64,000 nt of DNA from Bilabrum cf. latius (Eukaryota), in contig OZ237766.1 of assembly GCA_965178125.1 (NCBI GenBank), positions 248,001-312,000 on the forward strand. Direction: 5' to 3'. Shown in pieces: positions 1-13,889 of the stretch. The first letter of the stretch is position 1, and every line of letters starts with the position of its first letter. Both the position numbers and the translations under genes were made by a program. A model generated the notes under the pieces. The model was not told the origin of the DNA. It worked only from the letters and a program-made list of their open reading frames with translations, and did no database searches.

Positions 1-1
1 T

Positions 2-2995
2 GTATGGGTCAATGCTGACGACACCGCCAGTGTAGATATGAAGCCTGCCCTGCAAAACTGGATACGATGACCTTGTTACGGCCAGAACGTCGGTGGATCC
101 TCGGCTGCTGTAGAGCTCGCGCACCTCGATCAGAGTGTCTGCCGCTTCGGGGAGGTGGGCCACTCTCGCATGAATGTTTCGCAGCTGGCTTCTTGGAGTA
201 AACACTCGTACTGTCACCTCATCGTGATCGTTGGGTGCGAATACCACGGCCTCGCCAAGCCTGCTTGTCGAGTGACCGGCGCGAATAGGCCAGTGGTCCA
301 GGCCAATAGCGTTCAAGCCGACTTGAAGCTCTCCTTGGTTCTGCTGACCCTGGAATAGTCCAAGAACATGTGTCTCGCGGAATGTGTCCATCCGAAGGAC
401 GAACCCGGGAGGCAGGAATTCACTCGTCTACACCCGTTCCACGAGAGAGTCTGCTGGCGGCGTGAGCGGACGCGGGACTGCTAGCTGGTCTAGAACGTCC
501 CAGTAGAATAGCTACCTACCAGACGGGCTCCGATAGAAACTAGTGACCACATCAAACAGCACGAAACGATCGCTGATTAGTCCAACGTACTCAGCGCGGT
601 AGCGAAGTACAGGTGCATCGGCCGCAGCCTCCGCAATGCCGGGTATCTGGCCATGCCTGACGACACCCGTGTCGAGATCTACAGCAGCTGGTGTGAACCT
701 CGTGCTCCACTTCTCAATGAACAGGAACCTGCTTCGCACCAGCACACCACCAGCGGTGTGCCCCTCTGCTGCATCCGGCTTACCGACCCAAACAGGCCGT
801 TTCACGCCGTCAAAGTACCACGCGTCTTGATTGCAACCCTGCAGCAGGTACCCGCCGTGCTAGACAGTAGCCACATAGTTCCCTTGCATGCATCTCACAT
901 CATCGTGGGATACGTTCCGTCGGGGCTGAGAACAGCCCCTGTCGCTGCCTGCATCGTACCCATCGCGCCCTTCAGTCGTGGACACTGGGGGCAGGCTAAG
1001 AAGATCGATGGGCCCCTCGCCTTCGCGCCCAAAGCACAAAAACGTAGGCCCAGAATTCGGCTTTCCATAGCTGTGCCAGCATGTCACCCCGACCTTGGTG
1101 ATCTCGTGCTTGCGAGCATCAATCTGCTAGAATGCGAACCGGGTGTCGATCCAATCCACCGTTGCTTGCTGTACGTCGGGGATATGAACACGGTGCGACA
1201 CCGAGGCTTCGCTGGTCATTCCGATCTCACTGTTCCAATCAATGCTAGTGACACCAAGGCCAGAAACTCTGTCCGGGGACAGAGAGCGTGATAGCACAAC
1301 TAGCGGAGGGTGGCCTGTGCTAGGGACAGCCACAGTCATCTCTGCGGCGGGCCACGAAGCGATTGCCACTGTTCCAACTGTGAGGAGCTCTGTGTTTCCA
1401 ATGCTGGTGGTGACTGGCACCATCAGCTGGGATGGAGTCGATCGGGTCATCATCAACATGCTAGGCCATCCAGTGCTAGCATCGGTTGGTTTTAGCTGCA
1501 CCACTGATTCGATGTCGCTGTCGAGTCGCCTGACATGCTGCAAAGCAGGAGGCTCAGACCCGTCCTAGACTGCGGCATACACATCATAGTACGTGGCAGA
1601 GCCCCACCGCCATGAACGAAGATATAGAGTCCTGCTGGCATCGGCCGTCCCCAGGAGAGACATCTTGGGGAATTCGTCCGGGGTCTGAGGGAGGCACTAC
1701 GCCGTTGCAGAGGCGGTATTCCAAACAAAATTGCACCGTATTGTGGGCTTATTGCGGGGTTTATCCACGTAACCCAACATTAAGCCGGTCCCGGGAGCAG
1801 GTCCGCTCGCGTGCACGTCTCTGGTGTCAGCTAAGTCGAGGGCAGCACCGTCAGTGTTTCGCAAAACGATCTTGGTTTCAGCTCCTGTGTTGAGCTCCAC
1901 GGCGATCTGCAACGTGTAGACGTTGGAGTCTACGTATGCCGCGTATGTCAACCGTGCGTCCCTGTGCGAAGCGCAGTGCAGTGCATCTCTCGACGCACTC
2001 GACGGCTGCCTCACGTACCGCGTTGTGCCATCGGAGGGACGCACGCATGCAGCACGAGTGGCCCCCCCGTGGGGCGCGAACGTGCAGATCCAGTCCCCGC
2101 ACGGCTTCAAAGCCTTCGAGGTTGAGTACGCGCTGTATGGCACCGTGAAGCCGCCTGAACCGGGAGTAAGATCCGCAGCAGGAGTGGCTACAGGTGCTGC
2201 AGAGCCACTGCCGCCAAAGGCGAAGCAGTACGGCTCCATACCCACCGCTGGGTCTTTGCCCGAGTAGAAGCACCCCATGGAGCCAGGTATAACGGTTATA
2301 CCAGCGTGAATTGAGGCTCCGCGAGACCCCGCCACGATGTATACCGTGGGATGTGATCCACCGGCTGCCTCGGCAGAGTCAGCACACGCGATCGCAGACC
2401 CCAAGTCGGCGACATCACTCGTCCGGGATCTAGGCACGAACTCTGCCACAATGCACACGGTACTGGGTGCAATCCACTCGGGTGCGTGCAGCACCGTCTG
2501 GATCTGAAGGTCAATGCTGCGGTTTTGTTCAGGCACCCAGAAGCTACCTGCCCCGTCCACTCTGCTCACCTGCCCGGTGGATTCCAGGAATACGTGCCAG
2601 GAGGTGTATCCACTGGGCTCGTGGGCCAGAAAGGAAACCTGGCTGGCTCCTTGGGCTGCAGCTGGTGCCACGGAGGACTCCCCGTACACCTCGCCCTGGA
2701 AGTCTACATCGACCGGCAGGGGCAGCTGGGTGGCAAAGTCGACATCCTGCTTGGTCCAGTAGCGGGGTACCTTGCCATAGCCGTCCCTAGTGTCGGCAAA
2801 GATGAGCGATCCGTTGGATAGCTGGACCATGCGGTGCAGATCGATGCTGTTTGGCTCAGTGGTGATTCTGTAGCCGGTTGCCGTAGCACTAGTGCCCGGC
2901 ATGGAAGTCCTTAGGTCGAGCTGTTGAATGGAGCTGGCTGCCGCAATGAGGACGGGCGCAGTCGCGATGAAGATGAAGAGAGCGCTGGGCTTCAT
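2..2995 (-). CDS. Large secreted protein with ELWxxDGT-like beta-propeller motifs; runs off the left edge
   Basis: Signal peptide MKPSALFIFIATAPVLIAAA. ORFs 1697-2995, 1127-1543, 860-1087 and 512-805 share one frame and are separated only by TAG (1697, 1565, 1127, 860, 512, 428). The frame stays open to position 2. Motifs GMEPYCF and ELYSSRGS resemble ELWxxDGT repeats. Confidence 0.7.
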
Positions 2996-3620
2996 TTATT
3001 TGTTATTATTTATTACCTGCAAGGATGGTGCGGTTTGTGAAGCCAAGCTTGGGCAATTTTGCATCGTTGAGCAAGCAGCAAAATCTGCGAGCCTCCGAGC
3101 AGAGAGGCATAGCCAACTGCAGGTCTTACGAAACAATTTATCGTGACGTACGATGTGTAATAAGTGAAGGTGATGTGCAGCAAAACCGCGTCTCAACAAG
3201 CTGTATTCCTGAGTTCGATGCGGTTCTGGGCTTGTACATACGGACTGTTTGCTTTGGACACCCAGTGCAAACCGGAACCGGAGCATGGCGCGATTGCAAC
3301 ATTACAAGGCCATCAATCAAATACAAAGTTGTCGGTCATACTTTGTATGCAAAAGGCGTACGACCCGGGGATCCTAAGTGTCCAGCCGCGATCTGAATTT
3401 CCTGAGTTCGTAAGATCCACACAACTTGGACCCACACTGCGCATTGGCTGCATGTCACGCCTTAGGGGATAATATGCTGACGTTGTCGATTGAAGTACCA
3501 GCGACATCGGATCAGCTTTAAATCCGATATTCAGCCGTCTGAGATCACACACTGTAGACCGCACTTCTTGTCTCGCTATCAGTCACACTCGGTTGGTTGG
3601 TATCGTCTATCTGGGATTGT

Positions 3621-4358
3621 TCACCAGGCGGGTGTGGTCGTTGGCTCTTTGAAATCACCCTTTGCCCGTTCCAGAAATGCCTCAACGTCCTCAATGCACT
3701 GCGTGAGCACTGCTCCATCTGCTGCACAACCACAGGCAGTGTCAACCTTCCCAAAGAATCCCCGGAGATGATTTGCAAGGTTGATCATGGAGTTGATTGG
3801 TGCCCACTGGAGTCCACCATGCGGATGATCCATGCACACTCTGCCACTAGAAAAAACGTGGGGATGGTATGGGATCTGTTTAAAGCTGATCTGCGGTTTT
3901 TTAAAGGGGTATTCCTCAGGAAGCTCGACAGCAACGTCAAGCGTGCGTCCTTTGTATGGGCTTTCGTAGGTCGTCCCCTAGATCTCGATCTCATCCTGTG
4001 CTACTGGCATGCCAATATGTATACTATGCTTTGGAATATGGGTAAACCATTTAAGGCTTGTAATGCTAGATTGGTCTTCTCTCACGGGAAGGGAAAGGTG
4101 CAGCACAAGCTCTCTTGGATTCCCTTCATCAAATTCGATGTAGCACCCATCCGTACGTTCAGTAAATGCTTCGGTTATCCACATACGACTCTCCTACGAA
4201 AATTTGATAGAATGGGAGCGTAATTTGTAGAAATGTGCATGGAGTTGAAGGCAATTCGGCCGCACAACACTCGACCTCACACTCATCAAGCGTCTTGAGC
4301 ACAAGGTATCGGCCACTGAACTGTCTGATTTCGCTGTGCTGGAGCTTGATGCAGCCAT
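3621..4358 (-). CDS. Ubiquitin-conjugating enzyme (E2/UBC family), spliced
   Basis: GTTYESPYKG...LPEEYPFKKPQISF...YHPHVFSSGRVCMD matches the UBC core with catalytic Cys. N-terminal SRRLMS. Likely intron ~4280-4194 (gtgagg...ttcgtag). TGA stop at 3621. Confidence 0.8.
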
Positions 4359-5207
4359 ATTCCGACTCTATGGTGTGTCGCCATCCCAAGGATCAGGGAA
4401 ACAACTTTGCCCCCCCCTTTTCTTCGAACGTTCGCCCCGTTCAACCGAAGCAATTTGCTTCAAGCAAAGCTGGACCTTCCTAGATCCACGGATCAACATG
4501 ACAAAACTTCATTGTTTGAAAAGCATGCGTGTACCACGTTTATGACTGCGTAGTACGTACAATTGGCGCTTTGCAAGGAAGACACGGTATCGCGAAATTG
4601 GCAGGGAGCCCACCTCAGGCTCATTGCCTCGCCGCGAGGGTTGGTGAGGCCAACAAGGTCTTTGAGATTGAGGTCGCGCATTGGGCGCAGTACCCCATCG
4701 AGGTGCAGGGGTAGATGCCACATAGCGAAGCGGAGGAGAGCACGGTTGATGAGGCAAGGCCAGTGAGGTACGATCAGGAACAGCGGCCGGGGGTGGGCCC
4801 GGTCTCTGGTCTCGCCGGGCCCTACCCATCCGATAGCAAAGTAGCAGCAAGGTGAGCCACAGCCTAGGGTGGGTGAGGGCGGAATAGTGGGAGGTGACCG
4901 TTCACCAAGCGGGTGAGGGATTAGCAGAGGAACATATGATCGGATTGGTGGGGTCGTCCGGATCTGACTGATAAAAAGGAGGAGGCACAGCCTGACAAAG
5001 TATTCCAGGCGGTTATTTATTTAGTTTCTTTCCGAATGGTGTGCGTGAATTATGCTGATAATGGCACTGTTTACTTAGGAATCAGTGCAACTTCCTGAAC
5101 ACACGTAAATCTCTCTTACGTAACCTTACGACTGCGAGGATCTACAATTACCGTAATGGTTTCGATACCGCCTCAGAAGTGGTATCGCATCTGGATTGAG
5201 GAAGTGC

Positions 5208-8200
5208 TCACGTAGCCACTGCGTTCTCACTGCCAGTGCGAGTGCCCGCCGGTGCGTCCTTGACGACAGCACCAGGTGCGTTGGCGGGGCAGCCGCAGAA
5301 GAAAATGAGCACCACACCCGCGATCAGCAGAATGGCACCAGTCACGATCAGCCCAATCATGATACCCGCACGGGCACTCTCCACCGAATCGTACGCCTCC
5401 TTGAGATCCTTCTCCGTCCCCGGGGTGGCCTCGTTGCTCTCCTCCGTCCACTGCAGCTGCACGTACACCTGCTCCCCGCCCGTGCCATCCGCCAGGCGCG
5501 GGTACATGCCGAAGGGGCGCAGTCGGAGCACACCCGCGAGCCTCCTCGCGGCACCGATGGACCGCCCCGAGACCGGGTCCACGTCGATGAACGAGCCGTG
5601 GGCCTCCTGCGTGGGCTCCTCGGCGTATCTGGCGCTCAGTGCCCGGATGGTCTCGTTGCAGGCCAGGTTGTTGGGCTGCGTGAGGAAGAGATCGAACTCA
5701 GTGGTGCTGTTGGGGTTGGATGCAGTGGCCTGCGCCAGCACGTACTCGGGGTGGGACCGCACGCTGACCATGCAGCCCTCGGGCGAGTTGAAGAGAACGT
5801 CGTTCTCGTACCGCTCGAAAGGGGGACTGCCCTCGTCCCCGTAGGCCGCCCTCGTCACACTCTCCACGTGGATGGCGTACCTCTGGATGTTCTCCAGCTT
5901 GCCGTTGGGGCCCTTGATGGCACCCCGCGGCTCGTTGGTGCCCGGCACTACGTCCTTGTACAGCCACATGAACCTCGATGCCTGGGACACCCAGATCTTG
6001 AACCGGAGAGGCAGGTCGCTTGGCTTGCTATCCAAGAGATTCTCGCCGTAGGGGTGCCTCAGCCCGTCGTATGACCCCTCAATGGAGATGGGGTCAGCCC
6101 CCATCCCAGACCAGTCCCTCAGCTCCGTCTGGCCCTCCACCGACTGGATCTGCCAGAACGTGTCACGGCCGCCGTTACCAGTGCCGATCGTCTCCGTGGT
6201 GCCTGCAGTGGCGTTGGACACCAGCGGAGGCACCATGCCCGCGTTCAACGAGGCCAGGATCGAGTCCCGGAAGCCGTCCAGCAGCAGCATGCGCGGGGTG
6301 GCCCTGATGTACGGCCCCGTTGCGAGGTTCCCGCTCGACCTGCCCGGCGTGGTGGCGGGCGTGGCCTCGGTGCCGTAGTACGTCTCCACCAGGTTGGGGA
6401 AATACACCAGCGCGTTGCTGCTGTGCTCCAGCCAGCGGAACACGTCGTGCACCTGGAAGCAGTCCATCGCTGGGATGCTGCTCGATACCGTGTCTTGGAT
6501 GGCCTGCCCGCACGCTGCGTGGAGCCCTGCATCTGCCGCCAGCGAGGTGGCATACCCGGTCACCTTGGCTCCCAGGGTCGTCGCCACGTCCCCATTGGCG
6601 GCCAGCGCGGTGATGTAGGCGGACTGCCTGGCAACTTGCGCGTCGATCGCAGTCATCATCGTCGCGTTGGTGGCGATGTGCTTCAGGTACGCAGCTCGGA
6701 ACCTCCACACGGCCTCGCTGCCCGCCCCGAAATCGGGGAGCGCGCTGCCAAGCACGGCAGATGCCTCGTTGAAGAGAGAAGGAGACGAAGAAAACTGTCC
6801 TAGGAGAGCCATGGCCGTCATGCCTGGCAGCTTGCTACCAGCGAACACGAGCCCGTTGCTGGAGGGATGCGCCCTCTGGCTGTAGATGGTGGGCGGGGCG
6901 TTGGCCAGACACGAGAACTCGGGGAAGCTGTTGAGCGTGTTGGGGTCGTTGATGGAGGCGAAGAGGGAGGCGGGTCCATTCAGGCAGGTGTTGGCGTCGG
7001 TGGCGGCGCTGCCCGCTGCCATGGGAAGCGTGATGGTGCCTGGCAGCTGCCCCCCGGCATGTGCAAGAGCTCCCGTGATGGTGTTGCTGCCGAACTGTGC
7101 CGCTGCTATGCCCACGTCAGATGCCGCTGGAAGCTCCACGCTGGCCTGCCCTAGGCTACCCAGGTATGCGTTGAAGACCTGAGGCACGACCTGGCCAGCG
7201 GTCGTGGTGTCGGGTCCCATGAGCCCGCCCATCATGAGGACGACCTGAAGCACGTGACCCGCGGCCACCTGGGGGTTGGAGTAGGAGGCATCCAGGCCGA
7301 TGTAGGCAGTGGCGAACTCCTGGGTCAGCCCCATGTAGGCCGGGGTGCTCATGGCCGCCTGCACGGCTGCGGCGTCGGTCGCGTCCACAGAGGCGAAGGA
7401 TGACGTCACTGCGATCCACTTGGGGAGTCCCGCCGCGGAAATGAGGGCGACTCCTGACGTGGAGGACGAGTTCATCAGGTCCATGTACACCCCGGCGGTG
7501 ACTCGGGTGCCCCCCGGCAGCGCGGGGGAGAGAGCCACCGCTGGATCCGCCGTGTAGCCAGCCGCAGTCCCTCCCACCTGAGCCTCGGCCTGGTCCGCGA
7601 ACGACGTGCTAGTTGTCGCCCTAAGCTGCATGAGGCGCATGGGCAGCACCACGGGCAGGACGGATGCTTTGAGGAGACCCACGAGAGAGGGCACTCCCGC
7701 CCGCAAGAACTGAGAGACGAAGAGCGGGATGGCGATGTCGTCCACCTGGATGGGGTCGCTGCCGCGGAGAGACACCGCCTGCTCCTAGTTCCGGTCTACC
7801 GCCCGGGCCGCACCCACAATGGTAGGAAGGAGGGCCCCGAAACCCGCGAATCCCACGTTGGGCACGACCAGGACCTCGTTGTCCAGCCGGGCCGGGTCAT
7901 CCACGTAGACGTACTCGGACTGGCTGTCCCAAGTGAGGCTGTCGTCGCCGTTGGAGTGGGTCGCGTTCTCGTACCTGGTGTACTTGCGGAACGCGTACGG
8001 CACGTTGGTCTGCTCCGGTCTTGCGCCGCCGTAGAGGGCTGCCTCGGGGTTCGTGATGTTGCTGATGTACACGATGTTGCGCACGCCGCCGTCCTCGTAC
8101 TGGTCGTCGTCCAGGTCGATGCTGTCGATCTGGTCGGCCCGCACGGTTGCGAGGCCGCGCTTGACGGGTTCCATCCGATTTTCAAATGCCTCGGAACCGG

Positions 8201-8616
8201 GAGTCAAGTATGTGTTGTCCTTGATGGTGTCCTCAAACGCGTTGTCAATGACACCCGGCAACACCAAACCGAGCACGATCGCAACGATGCCTAGCACAGC
8301 AACACTACTGCCCTGCGAGTACAGTTAGGAGAGATTTGGAAAAATGTGATGACAGCGAGTGCGTGAAAACTCTTGCAATTGCTGTCAAGACCATCACCGA
8401 TAGCCTTGGAACCAGCACAACACACCAAAATCAATATTGGCAGGCTGCTACGTTGTGAATGCTTTAGCTGTTGCCTGGCAGGCGAATGTTGAGCTAGCTA
8501 TTCACAAACATGTGTAAATCCGAAGCTGCTACCGCGGTACTACACATAGATTGTACATGGGTTGGGGTACCAGTCCAGATTACGCACACGGCGCGAGTTG
8601 GTAATGTGGCACACAT
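5208..8616 (-). CDS. CD36/scavenger receptor class B-like membrane protein
   Basis: N- and C-terminal TM helices. VYISNITNP...PYAFRK and FIDVDPVSG resemble CD36 motifs. ORFs 7785-8297 and 5208-7775 are joined by TAG at 7785. Probable short first exon MCATLPTRAVC from 8616, spliced to ~8313. TGA stop. Confidence 0.8.
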
Positions 8617-9257
8617 GAAAGGAAAAAACGGCACGATGTCGTACAATTGCATCACCACATGCACCTTGACAGTTTAAAGGCAACTGGTGGTGGTGTGACA
8701 TGCCGAGCATCCGAATGGGAAGGATTGTCAAGACTACCCAATGCCTCGCTATTTGTGAGCGCATAAGCTGTTTCTTGTTGAGTTAACTCACTGAAATCCA
8801 TACACAAAGATTCATAGTATTTGAATTACACCTGTATCAGCCCCTGAACTGTGGATGCCACAGAGTTTGGCTGTGTAACCCGTCGACTCCGGCACGCGCA
8901 GATAAACGGCTCCAGTTCCGCGAAAGTGCACTGCACAAAATCATAATTAGAGGTTTACCCAATCCGATCGGCGATAGCGATTGCAACTGCAGGTGAACTA
9001 GTTGCGGCGCTTGCAGCAGTCAGTATGCAAGTTGGATCTATATCAATCATCGGCAAGCACTAGTAGGGGTGTACTTTTCGCACCATAACTGCAAGCAGCG
9101 CAAGCGGGAGTAGCCATGGCCCATGAAGGAGTCGCCGAGCCGGGAAAGCCCTAAATCTGCCCTCTCAAATGGTACACCGAAGCCCCCATTGGGATTCTTT
9201 GCAGCGGCTGCATAGCTGCGCAGTTGCGCACAGGCACGCTGTAAACCCGCAACCACG

Positions 9258-11414
9258 TCATACCTCAGCTGCCGGCTGGGTCGCACTGCCACTGTCGCCC
9301 TGGTCCTCGGCCTCTTCGTGCCCTGGCTTCTTTGCATCTGCATCGCCCGCAGTAGTTGTCGCAGCGGCAGCGGCGGAAGCAGCACCTCCGGATGACGCGG
9401 TGGTCACACCCATGCGAACGACCTCGCCCCCGTCGCCATCACTGCTCGTGCACGGTCCCTGGGCTGTAGGGGACGGTGCTGGGCCTGCATCATTGCCGGA
9501 TTCTCCACATCCCGCAAACATGAGAGAGAGGGGCGCCTTTGGGCCGCCGCAGCACCCCGATTCCGTGATCTCTGCGGGCTTGTGCTTCGTCCCAAGCTTG
9601 GGTGCTGTGTAGCCATGGCCTCGCTGGTCTTCGTCCAGCTTGTCGATTGCGCCGGTGCGAAAGCACAACAAGCCTTCGTCTTTGGACAGGTAGGCGGCCT
9701 CGTCTTCGCTGAGAATGGCGGGATCGTAGGATGCTAGAAGCTGTTCCATGGCAAGGGCTTCCCAAACGGCAGCCACCGGTGCCTCCCACGCCTCGACCTT
9801 GCGTATAGGCCCTGACGGGTCCATGACGATGGCCAGCGCCCCGCTTGCCCATGATGCGCACACCATGACGAGTGCCAGCCCGCAAAACGTAATGCCGATG
9901 ATCACGGCGGCAGTGCTCAGCCACTTGGAGTCTTGGTCGCCCACCAGTGAGCTGCCTTGCTCCATCGCATCAACTACCTCGCTTTGCAGCAAAAGCACGA
10001 GACCGAGCCCCACGTCGCTCAGCGCTGCGATCACAACGTGCATCGCAAGCCATCGCGCTACTTGCACAGGCAAGTAAAGTTCCTCCAGCGTGTAACTTGT
10101 AGCGGAGCTGGCGTCATTTATGCCGTCCATACCCTCGTCAGTGGCCTTCACGCCGGGCAGTGCGTATTCTCCAAGATAGGCCCCCATGGCCTTGACAAGC
10201 GCCTTGGCGCAGGATTGCTTTTTATCGTCGTCACCATCGTCATCATCCTGCTTGCTTTTGCTCTTGTCCCCGCTCGACTTGCCTGCCGTCCCAGGAGGCA
10301 TGACAGCCCTTTCCTTCTTGCTGGCCAGCACCGTTGCCTCCGATATTGGCATCTCTCTTGAGTACCCCATGTCCTAGGATCGGGCGATCCACAAAGAGAA
10401 CGCAGCAGTGGCGGCAGCTCCTCCGGGTCCCATGCCTGCAACAGTCCCAAAGAACAGAGCAGCGGGCACGACAGACATGAAGAAAGCCACAAGACCCCCG
10501 CACACGGAAGTCTCTCGCGCGCCTGTGCAGGGGCCGATGCACTCCGAGACGGACACGAAAAGAGCTGCAAGCATGAGACCGACGCACCAAATAGGTGACG
10601 AGAGACACACAACCGCAATCCGACCCGCCGCTACGCCGACCAGAATATCAGCCGCGCTGTCCGTGACGTTCGTGGAAGGCGGACTTGGCACCAGCGCGGT
10701 CTAGTTGCCCTGCGACAGGCTGGTGCCGTTCAGCATGGTGGAGTTGCTCGGTAATCCACCGTCCGCATCGCCAGAAAGAGCCACGGAAACGTCGTAGAAT
10801 GCAGCTGCAACCCCGATGGACTGCATGAAGGCCCCTGCAGTGGCAAAACCAGCGGCGTGCCCCACCCACATTCCGCTGGATCGCAGCTGCACGAATTGCT
10901 TGAGGCTATAGCGCGTCGGCGCCACGCAAAGAAGGTCATCAACGGAAGCGGGCACCTGCAATGGGGGTATGCGTTCCAATAAGCCTCTTTGCTTCCATCC
11001 CTTCCTCTCCTGTTCGAGCCGGTCAGTGAATTCCACCGGGGCACCCACGATGGAGGAGAGGACTGGCGACACGACGTCGCGCACCGTCCCATACGCACCC
11101 CAGGCAGTTTGAACGAGGGCCAGGATGAGAAGGATACTCGCTTGGAGTGCTTCCCTGTCAGAATCGTCGCGGCTCGCCTATGCAGAGGGGTCGGCCGACT
11201 GGGTGTCTGAGGTGCCACCTGCACCGTATACTTCTCTCCGCATGCCCTGCAGGACGGAGAAGAGGGCCACCTTTGCCACGGACGACATGAAGGAGCTGAA
11301 GACGAAGGTTCCTTGCGCAATGATGTCTTGAGAGGGCCTGTAGATGAGCGGCTGGTGCACTCGGAGCCTGCTCATGATCACCCGGGCTTCCTCGGTGCCA
11401 TCACACTGAGCCAT
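9258..11414 (-). CDS. Multi-pass membrane protein of unknown function
   Basis: Four same-frame ORFs joined by TAG at 11178, 10701 and 10374. Several hydrophobic helices. TGA at 9258. Start approximate. Confidence 0.7.
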
Positions 11415-12791
11415 CACGGGCTGACAGGGGTAGATGCATGGACAAGCATGAGCTCTAGATCTATAATCTGCAAATAATAATGATTCAGACTGATCAAAAT
11501 AGTGCACTTTGGTGTTGGGTCGGTAGTACTCGGTACAGGGAGCGACTGGCCACCGCCAGCAGTTGACAAAGCATCTCACGAGCCATCCAAGAAAAAATTG
11601 CGGTCAAAATGATTTGTAGCGATGCGAGTGCCTTGAGCACGTCGAGTATCGATCTGCGGTAAGGCGAAAGAAGATGAACTTGGCCGTCTTGAATCGTGCA
11701 CCATCGGAATGCCCGGCGCCGATCTAATTCCCAGGGTGTCCTTACTCTCCACGCGATTCGGCACCAAGGGACACCAAATCATCAATTGCGGATTCTGTAG
11801 ATGAAATGTACAGCCAGTCGATGACGATGATGTCTGCGTAAGAGTCGAAAACGTTGGGACGCGTCTCGCACTAGATAGAATGCAAGATCAACAATCAGCG
11901 GTATTCGTTCACAATTCACAAGCAGAACTTACAAATAATGTTGACCATAGCATAAAATGCCACAACAGTCTGACTGTTTATCCTACAGCAGTCCTCATCG
12001 AAGCAGTATGTCTCCATTGGATTGCTTGGGGAATGGACTGCGAGCCTCGGGTCGGTACGCGAAGCATGCAGTCGAAGCGTTGCAGGTGCTTTGAATTGCG
12101 ACAATTATCATCACTGCAGCATATTGGTAACATTCGAGGGGCGGTACTCATCTTACGGTAAGCGCAGACCCTGTCTGACCCGAGTTGCAAAATACCTTGG
12201 CTTGGTCCGTTTAGCCTGCAAATCGCAGATTTTCAACACGAAACTGCACGCAACTACATTCAATCTGAGCTCTGGAGATAGAGGAAGGCTGGGGTCCGCA
12301 TGTCACGACTAGCCTGGTTCGCAGGCAAACGGACGGGGTGAGACGTGCGCTAGACTGCTGTAGGATGGGCCATTCAAGGCCGCACCCGGCCTTGCCAATG
12401 GATGTAGTCGTGTCGCACCGATCCACAGGGAGCTGTTAGCGGCAGTGTATATCCAAATCATGAAGCACACTGTCTATGAGTCAAATGGCTTTGTGATGCC
12501 GTGGGTTGCCACGAACACGCGCAGGCGCAGCAAGGTACCGCCATGTAACTCTGCAAAGTCCCTGACAGGCGGAAGAAGAATTGGTTCTTTGTGCGCGCTG
12601 AATTGACTGTTAGGAAGTCTCGCTCTCATCAGGTAGCCAACGTCTGGATTGCCAGATCATCTTTAGCCCAGATGGCCAAGTTGCAAATTTCGAACGTTCG
12701 TTTCGGTCGTGGCGAACCAATGATGAGAATCGGTGACGCCCCGTCAAGGTTCCTCCAATATCATATTGTTTCTATCTATACCCCGGTCCCA

Positions 12792-13430
12792 ATGAAGGTA
12801 CTTGGACTATGTATGGCAGTAATTGCGTCCGTTTCGGCTCAGTTTGTGCCGATACCCACCCGCCTGGACGGATTCCGGCCGTCCACGCACAACAACAGAA
12901 GCGCTGACCTCGTCCTCGAGGCGCACTATGACTTCATGTGCCCCGATTCCCGTTCGGCGTCCCAAACATTGGATGCAGTTTTGCCTCAATTCACGAAGTC
13001 ACAGCTCCAGTTTGTGGTGCATGTCTTCCCTCTGCCATACCACCAGATGAGCTTCCTCGCGAACGAGGGCGCCTGGGTGCTCGGGGAGCTCTCTGGCGGA
13101 GGAGACGACAAGGCGCTCTGCTGGATGAACAGCTGCTGGAAGAATCAGGAAAGCTGGGGCAACGGTGCCACTGCGAACATGTCTTTCACGGACGTGGTCG
13201 ATCTCATGGGAAAGGCAGCCGAATCCGAGTGCGGCTACAAGGCCGACGAGTTCAAGAACGCGATCGAGTCCGGCGCCGTGAACGAGGACACTCGCGTGTC
13301 GTGGAAATTCGGCTGCGCGAGGGGCGTGGCCGGCACTCCCACTTTCTTCCTGAACGGGGTGGAGCTTGGCCCCGACGCGGGTGGATACACGGCCTCCCAG
13401 TGGGTGGCTCTCCTCAAGCAGTACCTCTGA
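12792..13430 (+). CDS. Secreted DsbA/thioredoxin-like protein
   Basis: Signal peptide MKVLGLCMAVIASVSA, YDFMCPDS active-site-like motif, FPLPYH, GVAGTPTFFLNG. TGA stop. Confidence 0.85.
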   Translation: MKVLGLCMAVIASVSAQFVPIPTRLDGFRPSTHNNRSADLVLEAHYDFMCPDSRSASQTLDAVLPQFTKSQLQFVVHVFPLPYHQMSFLANEGAWVLGELSGGGDDKALCWMNSCWKNQESWGNGATANMSFTDVVDLMGKAAESECGYKADEFKNAIESGAVNEDTRVSWKFGCARGVAGTPTFFLNGVELGPDAGGYTASQWVALLKQYL

Positions 13431-13889
13431 GGCACTCGCTGGGGGGGGGGGGGGGGGGGGTAGTGCGTGAGAAGGATTTCATCTGCCGCACTGAAGGGTC
13501 ACTCGGAGGGGGCGCCATCGCAATCGATCCATCGATCGATCCTGCTTAACATTTTCCTGCTGCTGCTGCTGCGCCCCAGTGCGCGCCCCTGACCCTACCA
13601 CGGGGGGTGGGCGTGGCGGTCTGGATTGGAAGCGGGCCGTCTGCGGTTGCAACCCCATTGTTTCTGGTGACTCGAATTCGATATTTTGCATATGTCTTAG
13701 TGGAACAACCACGGGCATGCCCCCATCCAAGTCTCTCTAAATCAGCTGAGCGCCTTCAGGTTGCCATCGTCTCCTGCTGGAGGGACAGACGGTGGTAGCC
13801 TCACTCGCGGCTAGTAGTCTAGAGCTAGGCTAGCCTTGAGGAACAGGGAGGCGGACGCATACACGACCCAGCCCCTTGCACGCATCTTC

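Noticed and set aside
3978-4196. TAGs at 4194 and 3978 in the UBC gene as evidence for recoding
   Set aside because: Both can be 3' splice acceptors (tag|) paired with upstream gtgag donors, so they were excluded from the count.
4500-4980. Short ORFs between the UBC and CD36-like genes
   Set aside because: No motif and strand ambiguous.
11576-12430. Possible small spliced gene
   Set aside because: Could not build a convincing exon chain or recognise a domain.
13441-13460. G20 homopolymer after the DsbA-like stop
   Set aside because: Isolated simple run of unreliable length.
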